A stretch of DNA of 64,000 nucleotides from an uncultured Pseudomonadota bacterium (lineage in GTDB: Bacteria; Myxococcota_A; UBA796; SXON01), in the NCBI GenBank assembly GCA_903885375.1, contig CAISIK010000054.1, positions 3,403 through 67,402 of the forward strand. Direction: 5' to 3'. How positions within the stretch are numbered: position 1 is the first letter of the stretch; each line of letters starts with the position of its first letter. The position numbers and the translations under genes were made by a program. The notes beneath the pieces were generated by a model. It was not told where the DNA came from. It was given only the letters and a program-made list of their open reading frames with translations, and searched no databases. Shown in pieces: positions 28,593-44,407 of the stretch.

Positions 28593-29618
28593 ATGCGCAG
28601 CCCCGGTCCGATGCTCCTCCTCGCGGCCCTCGCCTGCGAACCGACCGGCGCGGGCAGTTCGGGCGCCGAGGGCGGCGAGGAGACCGGCGGCGACACCGTG
28701 GACAGCGGCGTGGCCGAGGTGGACGCCGATGGGGACGGCGCGCCGAGCTGGCCCACCGCGGTCGACCCCGCCGCCGCCGACTGCGACGACGGCGACCCGA
28801 CCGTGCGGCCCGACACGGTCCGCTTCTTTCCCGCCGGCCGCTTCGTGCGCGGCAGTGACGACCGGATGAACACCTCGCCCGCGCGCGAGATCGGGCTGTC
28901 GGCCTACTGCCTCGACCGCTTCGAGGTCACGAACGCCTCCTTCGTGGCGTACCTCGAGGCCCGCGCCGCCGCCGGCAAGCCCAACCAGACCGACGAGGGG
29001 GATCTGCTCTACGCCTTTGCCGACGACACGCCGGACAGCGTCGACGAGCGCATCGTCGAGGAGGGCAGCGCCTGGTCGGTGGAGGTCGGGTACGAGGACC
29101 ACCCGGTGGTCGAGGTGTACTGGGCCGGGGCCGATGGATACTGCGCCTGGAAGGGGGGGCGCCTGCCCACGGAAGCCGAGTGGGAGGCCGCGGCCCGGGG
29201 CGGCGAGCAGCGGACCTACCCCTGGGGTGAAGCCGACCCCACCTGTGCCCTCGAGAACTACGCCATGGCGGGGGATGGTCACGTCACCCCCTGCCTGGAT
29301 GACACCGCCCCCGTCGGGAGCTACCCCGCCGGCGCGAGCGCCCAGGGCCTCCTCGACCTCGGTGGGAACGCCGCCGAGTGGGTGTTCGACTGGTACCGCG
29401 ACGACTACTACGCCGAGAGCCCCGACCAGGACCCCCAGGGCCCCGAGTCCGGATGGGTCTTCGAGGAGGCCAACCCCGAGGGCTACGAAGCGCGGCTCAC
29501 GCGCGGGGGCAACTTCGTCACCGGTCCGGAGTTCACGAGCACGTTCGTTCGGTGGTTCGAGCCTTCAAAGGCGCACAGCAACGGAGTGGGCTTCCGCTGC
29601 GCGCTGACGCCACGCTGA
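28593..29618 (+). CDS. Formylglycine-generating-enzyme (SUMF1/EgtB/PvdO) family lipoprotein
   Basis: 'LLLAALAC' lipobox, plus 'HPVVEVYWAGADGYCAWKGGRLPTEAEWEAAARG', 'RGGNF' and 'GFRCA'. Confidence 0.8.
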   Translation: MRSPGPMLLLAALACEPTGAGSSGAEGGEETGGDTVDSGVAEVDADGDGAPSWPTAVDPAAADCDDGDPTVRPDTVRFFPAGRFVRGSDDRMNTSPAREIGLSAYCLDRFEVTNASFVAYLEARAAAGKPNQTDEGDLLYAFADDTPDSVDERIVEEGSAWSVEVGYEDHPVVEVYWAGADGYCAWKGGRLPTEAEWEAAARGGEQRTYPWGEADPTCALENYAMAGDGHVTPCLDDTAPVGSYPAGASAQGLLDLGGNAAEWVFDWYRDDYYAESPDQDPQGPESGWVFEEANPEGYEARLTRGGNFVTGPEFTSTFVRWFEPSKAHSNGVGFRCALTPR

Positions 29619-29749
29619 GGCGGCGCCGCGCTGCGGAGGGCGAGCGCCCACCCCGAGGTGGGGCAAACACGCAGCGCCCCCCAAACCCTTCGTCGAATTG
29701 CCTTGCCTCCACGGTGGCCCTGCTTACAACGAGCGGGCACTAGACTGAC

Positions 29750-33226
<3,477 letters not shown>

Positions 33227-33257
33227 ACCCCTCCCCTTCCCTGACTCCGAGGATCCC

Positions 33258-34826
<1,569 letters not shown>

Positions 34827-34915
34827 GGCAACGCGCGTCTGCCCGTCCGCCTCCGGGCGGCGGGCGTCGCGGCGCGTTGCGGCGCCGTCGGGGCGGCCGC
34901 TGGATACGTCGGGGG

Positions 34916-35632
34916 GTGCCCGCGCTCCCCACCGCCAGCGAGACCGCGATCCGACGTGTCCGCCGCCTCCTTGAACCGCTGGCGCGCTACCATCAGTTCA
35001 CGATCGAAGGCCTCGCGCACCTGCCCCGCGAGGGGCCCTGCCTGCTGGTCGTGCACCACTCCTTCGCCACCTACGACGGCTTCCTGCTCGGCGGCGCGAT
35101 CTTCGAGCAGATCGGCCGACTCCCGGTCGGCCTGGGCGACAACCGCATCTTCCAGCTCGGTCGGCTCGGGGGCTGGGCTCGGGCGATCGGGCTGGTGCCG
35201 GCCTCCCCGGTGGCCGGTGAGCAGGCGCTTCGTGCCGGACAGATCCTGGCCGTGGCGCCGGGCGGCATGTGGGAGGCGCTCCGACCCCGAAATGAACGGC
35301 GCACCACCCGCTGGGGAGACCGCCGGGGCTTCGCCCGCCTCGCGCTCCGCGCCGGCGCACCGATCGTGGTGGCAGCCGTGCCCGCCGCCGACGACCTCTA
35401 CACCGTCTACCCCAGCCGCCTCACCGACGCGGTATACCGACGTGCCCATTGGCCGGTGCCTCTGGTGCGTGGGCGCGGACCTACGTTGCTTCCACGCCCC
35501 ATCAAGCTCACCGGCTACTTCGCCCCGGCCATCGTGCCTCCGCCCTTCGAGGCGCAGTACGAAGAGGAGCAGGTGGCCGCGCTGGCGGCCGAAGCGAAAG
35601 CTCGGATGGCAGAGCTGCTGCGGCGCCCCTGA
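34916..35632 (+). CDS. Lysophospholipid/glycerolipid acyltransferase-family protein (PlsC-like)
   Basis: Read in the frame of ORF 33452..35632 with a GTG start at 34916. Motifs include 'LLVVHHSFATYDG', 'GFARLALRAGAPIV' and 'VAPGGMWEA'. The start is uncertain. Confidence 0.55.
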   Translation: MPALPTASETAIRRVRRLLEPLARYHQFTIEGLAHLPREGPCLLVVHHSFATYDGFLLGGAIFEQIGRLPVGLGDNRIFQLGRLGGWARAIGLVPASPVAGEQALRAGQILAVAPGGMWEALRPRNERRTTRWGDRRGFARLALRAGAPIVVAAVPAADDLYTVYPSRLTDAVYRRAHWPVPLVRGRGPTLLPRPIKLTGYFAPAIVPPPFEAQYEEEQVAALAAEAKARMAELLRRP

Positions 35633-35664
35633 GGGGTACCCGGGAAGCGCGCGTCCGGCACGGC

Positions 35665-35948
35665 CCGCCCCGACGGCGCCGCGTCCTGCACGGCCCACCA
35701 ACGCCAGGCCGCCGCAGCAAGCCTCAACGGCGCTTCGACGGCGCCCTCGACAGCGCCGCCCCGCCAGCGCGGTGACGGGCTGGGTGACCGTGCGGGCCGA
35801 CCCGACCGATGCCCGTTGCGGGCCGACGGAGGGCCGGACCGCGCCGGCAGGACCCCACACCGACCTTCCGGTCGCCCCCTCTCAGGGCGCGACGACGAAT
35901 CGCCGCCCCGACGGCGCCGCGTCCTGCACGGCCGCCGCTCGGAGCTCA
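35665..35948. repeat. 284-bp direct repeat, copy 1 (bounded internally by a 31-bp direct repeat)
   Basis: It aligns to 36875-37158 at a constant offset of 1210 bp, with 9 mismatches and no indels over the last 282 bp by eye. 'ccgccccgacggcgccgcgtcctgcacggcc' occurs at both 35665 and 35903. Confidence 0.85.
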
Positions 35949-36776
35949 ATCGCGAGCCAGCCACTCCAGAACGGCCCGGATGCCTCCGTGCCGATGCAGG
36001 TCGCTGTGGCCGCCCCCCGGAAACGTGACGAACTTCTTGGGCTCCGCCGCCGCCTCGAACAGCTCGCGACCGAGTCGGTAGGGAACCACGGTGTCCGCAT
36101 CACCATGCAGGACAAGGACCGGCGCGTGCACTTGCCCGATCTTCGCGATGCTGTCGAACCGATCCTCGATGAGGAGTCCCACGGGCAACCAGAAGAACCT
36201 GTCCCGCGCCACATCGACGATGCTGGTGAACGGCGCCTCGAGCACCAACGCCCTGGGGTGCGCCTCGACGGCGATCTGCGTGGCAACGCCCGTCCCGATG
36301 CTCTGCCCGTAAACGACGAGGCGCTCCGGGGAAAGGCCCTCGGCGGCGAGCCACGAGAGGGCGGCCCGGCCATCCGCGTACAACCCCTCCTCCGATGGTG
36401 ATCCCGGGTTGCCCCCGTAGCCCCGGTACTCGCACATGTAGAAGCCGTACCCCTCTTCGACAAAACGCCGCGCCTTGAAGGCCCGGTGCCCGATGTGACC
36501 GGAGTTGCCATGGAAAAACAGGATCACGGGGCGGGAGGGCGAGGCCGGCGGCGCATACCAGGCGAAGAGGTCGAGGCCATCGGCGGTGCGCACCTGCACC
36601 CGGCGCGCCTGCGGCAGCTTCGCGGCCTCAGGCGTTCCGGGCGAGGACCGGGCGGGTTCGTACTGCAAACGCCGTTGGCCGAGGTACACCGCGGCCACCA
36701 CGAGGACGTAGGCGACGACGGCCACCTGCACCAAGCGCCGCGCCCGCCGCAGCCAAACGCCACTCGCGGACGGCAT
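35946..36776 (-). CDS. Alpha/beta hydrolase (membrane-anchored, BAAT/serine aminopeptidase S33-like)
   Basis: Start at 'MPSASGVWL' (cat at 36774-36776). It has an N-terminal TM segment, the nucleophile elbow 'GQSIG', 'LHGDADTVVP' and 'GGGHSD'. Confidence 0.8.
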   Translation of the reverse strand: MPSASGVWLRRARRLVQVAVVAYVLVVAAVYLGQRRLQYEPARSSPGTPEAAKLPQARRVQVRTADGLDLFAWYAPPASPSRPVILFFHGNSGHIGHRAFKARRFVEEGYGFYMCEYRGYGGNPGSPSEEGLYADGRAALSWLAAEGLSPERLVVYGQSIGTGVATQIAVEAHPRALVLEAPFTSIVDVARDRFFWLPVGLLIEDRFDSIAKIGQVHAPVLVLHGDADTVVPYRLGRELFEAAAEPKKFVTFPGGGHSDLHRHGGIRAVLEWLARD

Positions 36777-36874
36777 CAAGGGGATCGTGTCGGTGGCACG
36801 CCCGTTCTGTATCCAGCGCGGCCGCCCCCCGACGGAAACGCGCCGGCAGGCCCGCCACCGACGCTTCCACGTCG

Positions 36875-37158
36875 CCGCCCCGACGGCGCCGCGTCCTGCA
36901 CGGCCCATGAACGCCAGGCCGTCGCAGCAAGCCTCAACGGCGCTTCGACGGCGCCCTCGACAGCGCCGCCCCGCCAGCGCGGTGACGGGCTGGGTGACGG
37001 TGCGGGCCGACCCGACCGAGGCCCGTTGCGGGCCGACGGAGGGCCGGACCGCGCCGGCAGGACCCCACACCGATCTTCCGGTCGCCCCCTCTCAGGGCGC
37101 GACGACGAATCGCCGCCCCGACGGCGCCGCGTCCTGCACGGCCGCCGTGGGGAGCTCA
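36875..37158. repeat. 284-bp direct repeat, copy 2
   Basis: See copy 1. It ends 5 nt before the metK stop codon (37163-37165). Confidence 0.85.
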
Positions 37159-37162
37159 GCGA

Positions 37163-38332
<1,170 letters not shown>

Positions 38333-38567
38333 GGCTTCTGGGTCCTTGGGAAAGCGGCGCAATCTGGCCGGTTGGACGTCTCACGTCAAGCACAGTGTGC
38401 GCACCGGTGGGAGGGGACCCCCCGCTTTCGGGCCGGCGGTACCGGGGACTACCGAGCACACTTCGACATATCGCGATGTACCGCTGCCCCTCGTGCGCGC
38501 CCGCGCCCCGGCTTTCGCGTCGTCCAGTTCTGCTATGCTCCCGCTTCTCCCGGGAGGTCGCGGTTTC

Positions 38568-39683
38568 ATGGCCGAGCCCGTCGTCGAATTCAACAACGTT
38601 TCAAAGACTTTCGCCGGGCAAAAGGCCGTGCGCGCCATCTCCTTCCGCATCGAGAAGGGGGAGTTCTTCTCCATCCTCGGTCCCTCGGGCTGCGGCAAAA
38701 CGACCACCCTGCGCCTGCTCGCCGGGTTCGAGGTTCCCGACGAGGATGGCGGAGAGGTCCGCATCGAGGGCCAGGTGGTCAACAACCGCCGCCCCTACGA
38801 ACGCCGCCTTGCCATGGTCTTCCAGAACTACGCGCTCTTCCCGCACCTGAGCGTGGAACGCAACGTGGCGTTCGGGTTGGAGCAGCGGGGCGTGCCCCGC
38901 GCCCAGATGGTGGAGCGCGTGCGCGCCGCCCTCGACATGGTCCGCCTCGATCCCGCCCAGTACGGCCCCCGGCCGCCGGCCGCGCTCAGTGGCGGCCAGC
39001 GGCAGCGTGTGGCGCTCGCCCGCGCCCTGGTGCTGGAGCCGTCGATCCTGCTCCTCGACGAGCCGCTCGGCGCGCTCGACCTGAAGCTCCGCAAGGAGAT
39101 GCAGCTCGAGCTCAAGTCGCTCAACCGTCGGCTCGGCATCACCTTCGTGTACGTCACCCACGATCAGGAAGAAGCGCTCACCATGAGCGACCGGATCGCG
39201 GTGATGGACAACGCCCGCGTGGCCCAGCTCGGCGCCCCCGCCGAGATCTACGAGCGGCCGCGGACCGCGTTCGTGGCGCGGTTCATCGGCGAAAGCAACT
39301 TCGTGATCGGCGAGGTGGTGGCCACCGAGCGAGGCGGCGTCGTGGTGAAACGGGCCGACGGCAACCTCGTGGCCGCGCGTGGGGGGGAGGGTCGCGCGAT
39401 GGGCGAAACGGTCCAGCTCGCGGTGCGTCCAGAGCGGGTGGAGCTGACGGGTCCCGACCAGGCTCCCGGGGGCCAGAACATGTTGCCGGCGCGGATCCGG
39501 CAGGTCGTGTACCGGGGTGAGATGCTCCACGTGCGCGCCACCCTCGGCGATGGCTCCGAGATGGTGGCGGCCATGCGCAACGAAGGCCAGCTACGTCGCC
39601 CGGTGGTGTGGCAGGAGGGCACCGAATGTGCGGTGACCTTCTCGCCCGATGACACCCGCGTGCTGGAGCCGGAGCCCGCATGA
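38568..39683 (+). CDS. potA: Spermidine/putrescine ABC transporter ATP-binding protein
   Basis: Walker A 'GPSGCGKTT', 'LSGGQRQRVALARAL', 'LLLDEPLGALD' and a C-terminal TOBE-like domain. ATG at 38568. Confidence 0.85.
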   Translation: MAEPVVEFNNVSKTFAGQKAVRAISFRIEKGEFFSILGPSGCGKTTTLRLLAGFEVPDEDGGEVRIEGQVVNNRRPYERRLAMVFQNYALFPHLSVERNVAFGLEQRGVPRAQMVERVRAALDMVRLDPAQYGPRPPAALSGGQRQRVALARALVLEPSILLLDEPLGALDLKLRKEMQLELKSLNRRLGITFVYVTHDQEEALTMSDRIAVMDNARVAQLGAPAEIYERPRTAFVARFIGESNFVIGEVVATERGGVVVKRADGNLVAARGGEGRAMGETVQLAVRPERVELTGPDQAPGGQNMLPARIRQVVYRGEMLHVRATLGDGSEMVAAMRNEGQLRRPVVWQEGTECAVTFSPDDTRVLEPEPA

Positions 39684-40564
39684 TGGAGCTTCGACGGGCG
39701 TGGCTGCGTTGGCTCTCCCGCCACCCCTCCCTGCGGGCGTGGTCGGTGATGTTTCCCGGTGCGTGGTGGCTCCTCGTCTTCTTCATGGTGCCGCTGGGCT
39801 TCATGTTCGCCTACAGCTTCATGGAGCGGAACGTGTACGGCGGCGTCGAGGCGGGGTTCACCATCGAGCACTACGCCCGCTTCGCCGACCCGCTCTACAT
39901 GAAGATCCTCGTGCGCACCGTGGTGTACGCGCTCGGGTGCACCGTGGCCTCGCTCCTCATGGGCTACCCCGTGGCCTACGCCATCTCGCGGAGCGGTCCC
40001 TGGAAGAACCTGCTGGTCTTCCTCGTGATCCTCCCCTTCTGGACGAGCTTCCTCGTGCGCACCTTCGCGATGATCTTCCTCATGCGCGACACCGGCCTCA
40101 TCAACACCACGTTGATGGGCATGGGCCTCATCACCGAGCCCATCGAGATGCTCGGTACGCCCGCGGCGGTGATGGCCGGGCTGGTGTACGGCTTCCTGCC
40201 TTTCATGGTGCTGCCCATCTACAGCTCGCTCGAAAAGCTCGACCCCTCCCTGCTCGAAGCGGCCGAGGTCCTCGGCGCCAAGCCAGCGGCGCGCTTCTTC
40301 CGGGTGGTGCTCCCGCTCTCGATGCCGGGCGTGGTGGCCGGGAGCCTGCTGGTCTTCATCCCCGCCCTCGGCTCCTTCCTCACCAGCGATCTGCTCGGTG
40401 GCGCCAAGGAGATCATGATCGGCAACCTCGTGCAGAACCAGTTCACCTCCGCACGAAACTGGCCGTTCGGGTCGGCCGCCTCGTTCGTAGTCATGGGCGT
40501 GGTGCTGCTGGCGGTGTTCGCCTACCTCCGCAGTCGTGACGACGACGCGCTGGCGGGTGCCTGA
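39680..40564 (+). CDS. potB: Spermidine/putrescine ABC transporter permease
   Basis: Six-TM binding-protein-dependent permease containing 'LEAAEVLGAKPAARFFRVVLPLSMPG' (EAA loop). Confidence 0.8.
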   Translation: MMELRRAWLRWLSRHPSLRAWSVMFPGAWWLLVFFMVPLGFMFAYSFMERNVYGGVEAGFTIEHYARFADPLYMKILVRTVVYALGCTVASLLMGYPVAYAISRSGPWKNLLVFLVILPFWTSFLVRTFAMIFLMRDTGLINTTLMGMGLITEPIEMLGTPAAVMAGLVYGFLPFMVLPIYSSLEKLDPSLLEAAEVLGAKPAARFFRVVLPLSMPGVVAGSLLVFIPALGSFLTSDLLGGAKEIMIGNLVQNQFTSARNWPFGSAASFVVMGVVLLAVFAYLRSRDDDALAGA

Positions 40565-41367
40565 TGGCCGGCCGCCTGCCCCGTTGGCTCGTCGCCATCA
40601 CCGTGGCCGTGTACGCTTTCCTGCACGCGCCCCTGCTCGTGCTGGTGGTGTTCTCCTTCAACGACTCGAAGTTCTCGGCGGCGTGGGAGGGCTTCACCTT
40701 CCAGTGGTACGCGCGGCTGCTCGAGCGCGATGACATCCTCGATTCTTTGTGGGTGAGCCTCGAGGTCGGGCTCATCTCCACGGTCGTGAGCACGCTGCTC
40801 GGCACGCTCCTGGCGCTCGGCCTCGCGCGTCACCGGTTCCGGGGCCGGGCGGCGATGGAGAGCCTGCTCTACGTGCCGATCGTCACGCCCGAGATCGTCT
40901 GTGGGATCTCGCTGCTCATCTTCTTCATGTTTCTCAAGAACGTCCTCCACATTCCCGTGGTCCTCGGCGTTCCAACCATCATCATCGCCCACGTGGCCTT
41001 CAACATCAGCTTCGTGACGGTGGTGGTGCGCTCGCGCCTCGAAGGCATGGACCGCAACCTCGAAGAAGCCGCCATGATCCTCGGGGCCGACGAGTTCACT
41101 GCCTTCTGGCGCGTGACCGTTCCCCAGCTCTGGCCCGGCATCCTTTCGGGCGCGCTGCTCGCCTTCACCATGTCCTTCGACGACTACGTGATCACCTCGC
41201 TGGTTACGGGGCCCGGCAGCAGCACCCTGCCCATCGTCGTGTACGGGATGGTGCGGAAGAACATTGAACCCAGCATCAACGCCATCTCCACGATCATCCT
41301 CGTGGTCACCGCGCTCCTGATCTACGCCTCCGACCGCCTCTCCAAACCCACCGCCCTCAAGCCCTAG
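40564..41367 (+). CDS. potC: Spermidine/putrescine ABC transporter permease
   Basis: 'LEEAAMILGADEFTAFWRVTVPQLWPG' is the EAA loop. The ATG overlaps the potB stop. Confidence 0.8.
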   Translation: MAGRLPRWLVAITVAVYAFLHAPLLVLVVFSFNDSKFSAAWEGFTFQWYARLLERDDILDSLWVSLEVGLISTVVSTLLGTLLALGLARHRFRGRAAMESLLYVPIVTPEIVCGISLLIFFMFLKNVLHIPVVLGVPTIIIAHVAFNISFVTVVVRSRLEGMDRNLEEAAMILGADEFTAFWRVTVPQLWPGILSGALLAFTMSFDDYVITSLVTGPGSSTLPIVVYGMVRKNIEPSINAISTIILVVTALLIYASDRLSKPTALKP

Positions 41368-41381
41368 CCCCGGAGCCTCGC

Positions 41382-42542
41382 ATGTCCAAGGAAGTCAGCC
41401 GCCTCGTAGAAGCCGTCGCCACCGGTGCCATCGACCGCCGCGAGTTCGTGCGAGGGGCGTTGGGCCTCGGCCTGAGCGTGGCGACCATCGCGGCCGTGCT
41501 CCAGGGCTGCTCCGGCGAGGAGGCCAAGGCCCCCCCCGCTCCCGCCCCCGGCGGCACGCCCGGCCCGGCGCCCGAGCCCGAGCTCGGCCCCATCGAAGGC
41601 GAGCTCCACATCTACATGTGGTCGGACTACATCGCCGAGGACACCGTGCCGAACTTCGAGAAGGAGTTCAACTGCAAGGTCACGCTCGACACCTACGAGT
41701 CCAACGAGGAGATGATCGCCAAGCTCCAGGCCGGCGCGGGCGGCTACGACCTCGTCTGCCCGAGCGGCTACGCCATCACCGTGCTGAAGCACCTCGACCT
41801 GATGGAGAAGCTCACCCGCAAGCACATCCCCAACCTCGGCAACGTGGCGCCGATCTTCACCAGCACGGTGTTCGACCCCACCAACGATCACACCGTCCCC
41901 TGGCAGTGGGGGGTCACCGGCATCGCCTACCGCAAGGACAAGCTCCCCACGCCGCCCGACAGCTGGGCGCTCTTCCTCGATGCGGCGCTCAAGGGCAAGG
42001 TCACGATGATGGACGACATGCGCGACAACATCGGCGCGTGGCTCCGCTACCGTGGCAAGAGCCTCAACTCTGTCGACCCCACCGAGCTCGCCGCCGCCAA
42101 GGTGGATGCGCTCGCCGCCAAGGTGAACCTCCGCGCCTACATCTCCGCGCCCGTGAAGGCGCAGCTCGTGGCGGGCGACGTGTACGCCGCCCAGCTCTGG
42201 AACGGCGACACCATGCAGGCTCGCGCCGAGAACGACAACATCGAGTTCGCCGTGCCCAAGGAAGGCGCCGCGATCTGGTGCGACAGCCTCGTCATCCCCA
42301 AGGGTGCCAGGAACATCCGCGCCGCGCACGAGTTCCTGAACTACATCCTGCGCCCGGAGGTCGGCGCCTCCATCAGCAACTTCACGGGCTACGGCTCGCC
42401 GAACAAGCTCGCCTCCGAGAAGCTCGCCACGCCGGTGCCCTACCCGAGCGAAGAGCAGATGAAGACGCTCGAGTACCAGCAGGACCTCGGCGCCGGCACC
42501 GCCGTGTGGGACCAGCTGTGGACCGAGATCAAGAGCTCCTGA
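41382..42542 (+). CDS. potD: Polyamine ABC transporter substrate-binding protein (Tat-type signal)
   Basis: '[23 protein letters not shown]' is a twin-arginine leader. '[19 protein letters not shown]' and 'YDLVCPSGY' are PotD/PotF-like. Confidence 0.8.
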   Translation: MSKEVSRLVEAVATGAIDRREFVRGALGLGLSVATIAAVLQGCSGEEAKAPPAPAPGGTPGPAPEPELGPIEGELHIYMWSDYIAEDTVPNFEKEFNCKVTLDTYESNEEMIAKLQAGAGGYDLVCPSGYAITVLKHLDLMEKLTRKHIPNLGNVAPIFTSTVFDPTNDHTVPWQWGVTGIAYRKDKLPTPPDSWALFLDAALKGKVTMMDDMRDNIGAWLRYRGKSLNSVDPTELAAAKVDALAAKVNLRAYISAPVKAQLVAGDVYAAQLWNGDTMQARAENDNIEFAVPKEGAAIWCDSLVIPKGARNIRAAHEFLNYILRPEVGASISNFTGYGSPNKLASEKLATPVPYPSEEQMKTLEYQQDLGAGTAVWDQLWTEIKSS

Positions 42543-42549
42543 GCCCCGC

Positions 42550-43098
42550 GTGAGCGACGACGGATTCCGGGTTCGCGATGACGCCGAGCCGCCGCGGGAG
42601 CCCTCGGCGTTCCGGCCGTGGGGGATGCTGCGCACCCTCGTCCTGAGCGTGCTGGGCGCCATCGGCTTGATGTGGGGGGCCGGAGCCGTCCGGGCGCCCG
42701 CCCTGCCCGAAGAGGCCCCCGCGCTGGTCCTGCCGGCGCTGGACGGAACCACGGTTTCGTTGGCCGACCTCCGCGGCCGCGCCGTGCTGGTGAACTTCTG
42801 GGCCACCTGGTGCGGGCCGTGCCGGATGGAGATGCCGATGCTCACGTCGTACGCGGCCTCGCACCCCAAGGTGCCCGTGCTGTTCGTGGCGGTGGATGGC
42901 AGCGCCGAGGCGGTGGGTGCCTACGCCGCGCAGCAGGGGCTGCCGCTGGCATCGGTGCTGCGGATGACCGACGCTGCCCGCAAGCTCTGGCCGGTGAGCA
43001 CACTGCCCACCACCGTGGCCATCGCCCCGGACGGCACGATCCGCGCCGCCCACGCGGGCATCGTCACGCCGCCGCAGCTCTGGTGGTGGGGCCGATGA
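42550..43098 (+). CDS. TlpA/ResA-like thiol:disulfide oxidoreductase (redoxin)
   Basis: '[18 protein letters not shown]' contains the CxxC thioredoxin motif. It has an N-terminal TM segment and a GTG start. Confidence 0.8.
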   Translation: MSDDGFRVRDDAEPPREPSAFRPWGMLRTLVLSVLGAIGLMWGAGAVRAPALPEEAPALVLPALDGTTVSLADLRGRAVLVNFWATWCGPCRMEMPMLTSYAASHPKVPVLFVAVDGSAEAVGAYAAQQGLPLASVLRMTDAARKLWPVSTLPTTVAIAPDGTIRAAHAGIVTPPQLWWWGR

Positions 43099-43715
43099 GC
43101 GCCGTCCTGCTCGCGCTGTCGTTCGCGCAGGCCGCCGAGGGCGAGGCCGCCCCCACGCCCATGCCGCTGCGGCTCACGCCCACGCTCTCGCTCGCGGCCA
43201 CCTCGCGCAACCTCACGCTGGGCGGAAACGTGCGCTGGGGCCAGCGCACCGGCCCCTTCATCGCCGCCGCGCTCGGCAGCGACTGGCTCATCTCCGGTCT
43301 GGTGAGCGGGTTCCTGCTCGACGACGTGGGCAGCCTCCGCTTCACCGCCAGCCAGATGGTGGGGTACAGCATCCCCCTCCCGCTCGACCGCTCGCCGGCC
43401 GGCGCGCCCGCCTGGGTGCCCCGCGTGTCCGTGGCGCTGGGCCTCTGGGAGACGACCGAGCTCGACTCGCTGCTGCAGACCTTCCGCACGGAGGACTACG
43501 GCGTGTACCTGGCGGCGAGCACCGGCGGGCAGGTGGCCCTCACCTTCCCGTGGATCTCGGTGGCGCTCGGGCTCAAGCCCTTCGGCGGCGCCGCCTACCT
43601 CCGCAACGACGAGTGGCGGAACAACGAGTTCCAGTTCACGAACACCGTGCTCGATGTGGACGTGACGCTCGACCTCAACGTCTTCTCCAAGCGCGCGCGA
43701 CAGGGCTCGCTGTGA
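43095..43715 (+). CDS. Hypothetical secreted (possibly outer-membrane) protein
   Basis: Signal '[16 protein letters not shown]', alternating beta-like pattern, ATGA overlap with the redoxin stop. Confidence 0.4.
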   Translation: MSAVLLALSFAQAAEGEAAPTPMPLRLTPTLSLAATSRNLTLGGNVRWGQRTGPFIAAALGSDWLISGLVSGFLLDDVGSLRFTASQMVGYSIPLPLDRSPAGAPAWVPRVSVALGLWETTELDSLLQTFRTEDYGVYLAASTGGQVALTFPWISVALGLKPFGGAAYLRNDEWRNNEFQFTNTVLDVDVTLDLNVFSKRARQGSL

Positions 43716-44407
43716 TCCTGCTGCTCGTCGCCTGCCGCACGAACGACCCCGCGGTGATCGCGCATCGGGCGCTGGGCATCGAAGAAGGGGCCGACGAAAA
43801 CCAGCCCAGGCGCGCGCTGGCCGCCCTGGAAGAAGGTTTCGGCGCGGAGCTCGACCTCCGCCTCGATGGCGAGGGCTGCGGCGGCGACCCCTCCCGCGCG
43901 GCTGAGGAGGGCTGCTTCGATCTCGGGCACAGCGCGCCGAACGGGCACACGCTCGCCGAGGTGGTGCCGCTCCTGTCGGAGCTCCCCGCCTCCGGGGAGT
44001 CCCGCCCCCCGCTCCTGCTCGACATCGTGAACGACCCCGACCGGGCCGTGTCCCTGCAGCTCCTGCGCTACCTCGCGGCCAACGCGCCCGAGGGCTACCC
44101 CCTCCTCGTGCAGTCGAGCTCCACCGACGCGGTGGCGATCCTCGTGGGCGAACGCGACCAGATCGGGATCGACCACGACATCCAGCTGGGCGTGACCTAC
44201 TTCGCCGACCCCGAGTTCACCGTGCCGGACTTCGTGGACTTCGTGGTGGTGAACATCGCCGAGCTCCCGCCCTCGCCCATGACCGTGCCGGTGGCCGCCT
44301 ACGGGGTGGCTTCGGCGAGCAGCTGGAAGTCGGCGTTGTATGCCCCCAGCGAGGTGCGCTGGGTGATCACCGACTTCCCCACCCGGGCCGCCGCCTTCAC
44401 ACCTTGA
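43712..44407 (+). CDS. Glycerophosphodiester phosphodiesterase-like lipoprotein
   Basis: GTG at 43712 (GTGA overlap). Lipobox 'ILLLVAC'. 'IAHRALG...DENQPRRALAALEEGFGAELDLRLDG' resembles the GDPD HR...EN...E.D motif. Confidence 0.5.
   Translation: MILLLVACRTNDPAVIAHRALGIEEGADENQPRRALAALEEGFGAELDLRLDGEGCGGDPSRAAEEGCFDLGHSAPNGHTLAEVVPLLSELPASGESRPPLLLDIVNDPDRAVSLQLLRYLAANAPEGYPLLVQSSSTDAVAILVGERDQIGIDHDIQLGVTYFADPEFTVPDFVDFVVVNIAELPPSPMTVPVAAYGVASASSWKSALYAPSEVRWVITDFPTRAAAFTP

Noticed and set aside
35860-37070. Two ORFs (34811..35860(-) and 35946..37070(-)) sharing an identical N-terminus 'MWGPAGAVRPSVGPQRASVGSARTVTQPVTALAGRRCRGRRRSAVEACC', suggesting a duplicated gene.
   Set aside because: The shared peptide is simply the translation of the 284-bp DNA direct repeat. 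The real hydrolase start is the internal ATG at 36776, and the repeat-encoded peptide has no protein-like features.
38333-38567. Possible SAM riboswitch in the 235-bp metK/potA divergent intergenic region.
   Set aside because: Reading the minus-strand leader, I see a plausible TTGACG-N17-CAGATT promoter only about 40 nt from the ATG, plus an AAGGA Shine-Dalgarno. No SAM-I or SAM-II-like conserved cores were recognisable by eye, though a covariance-model scan would be needed to be certain.
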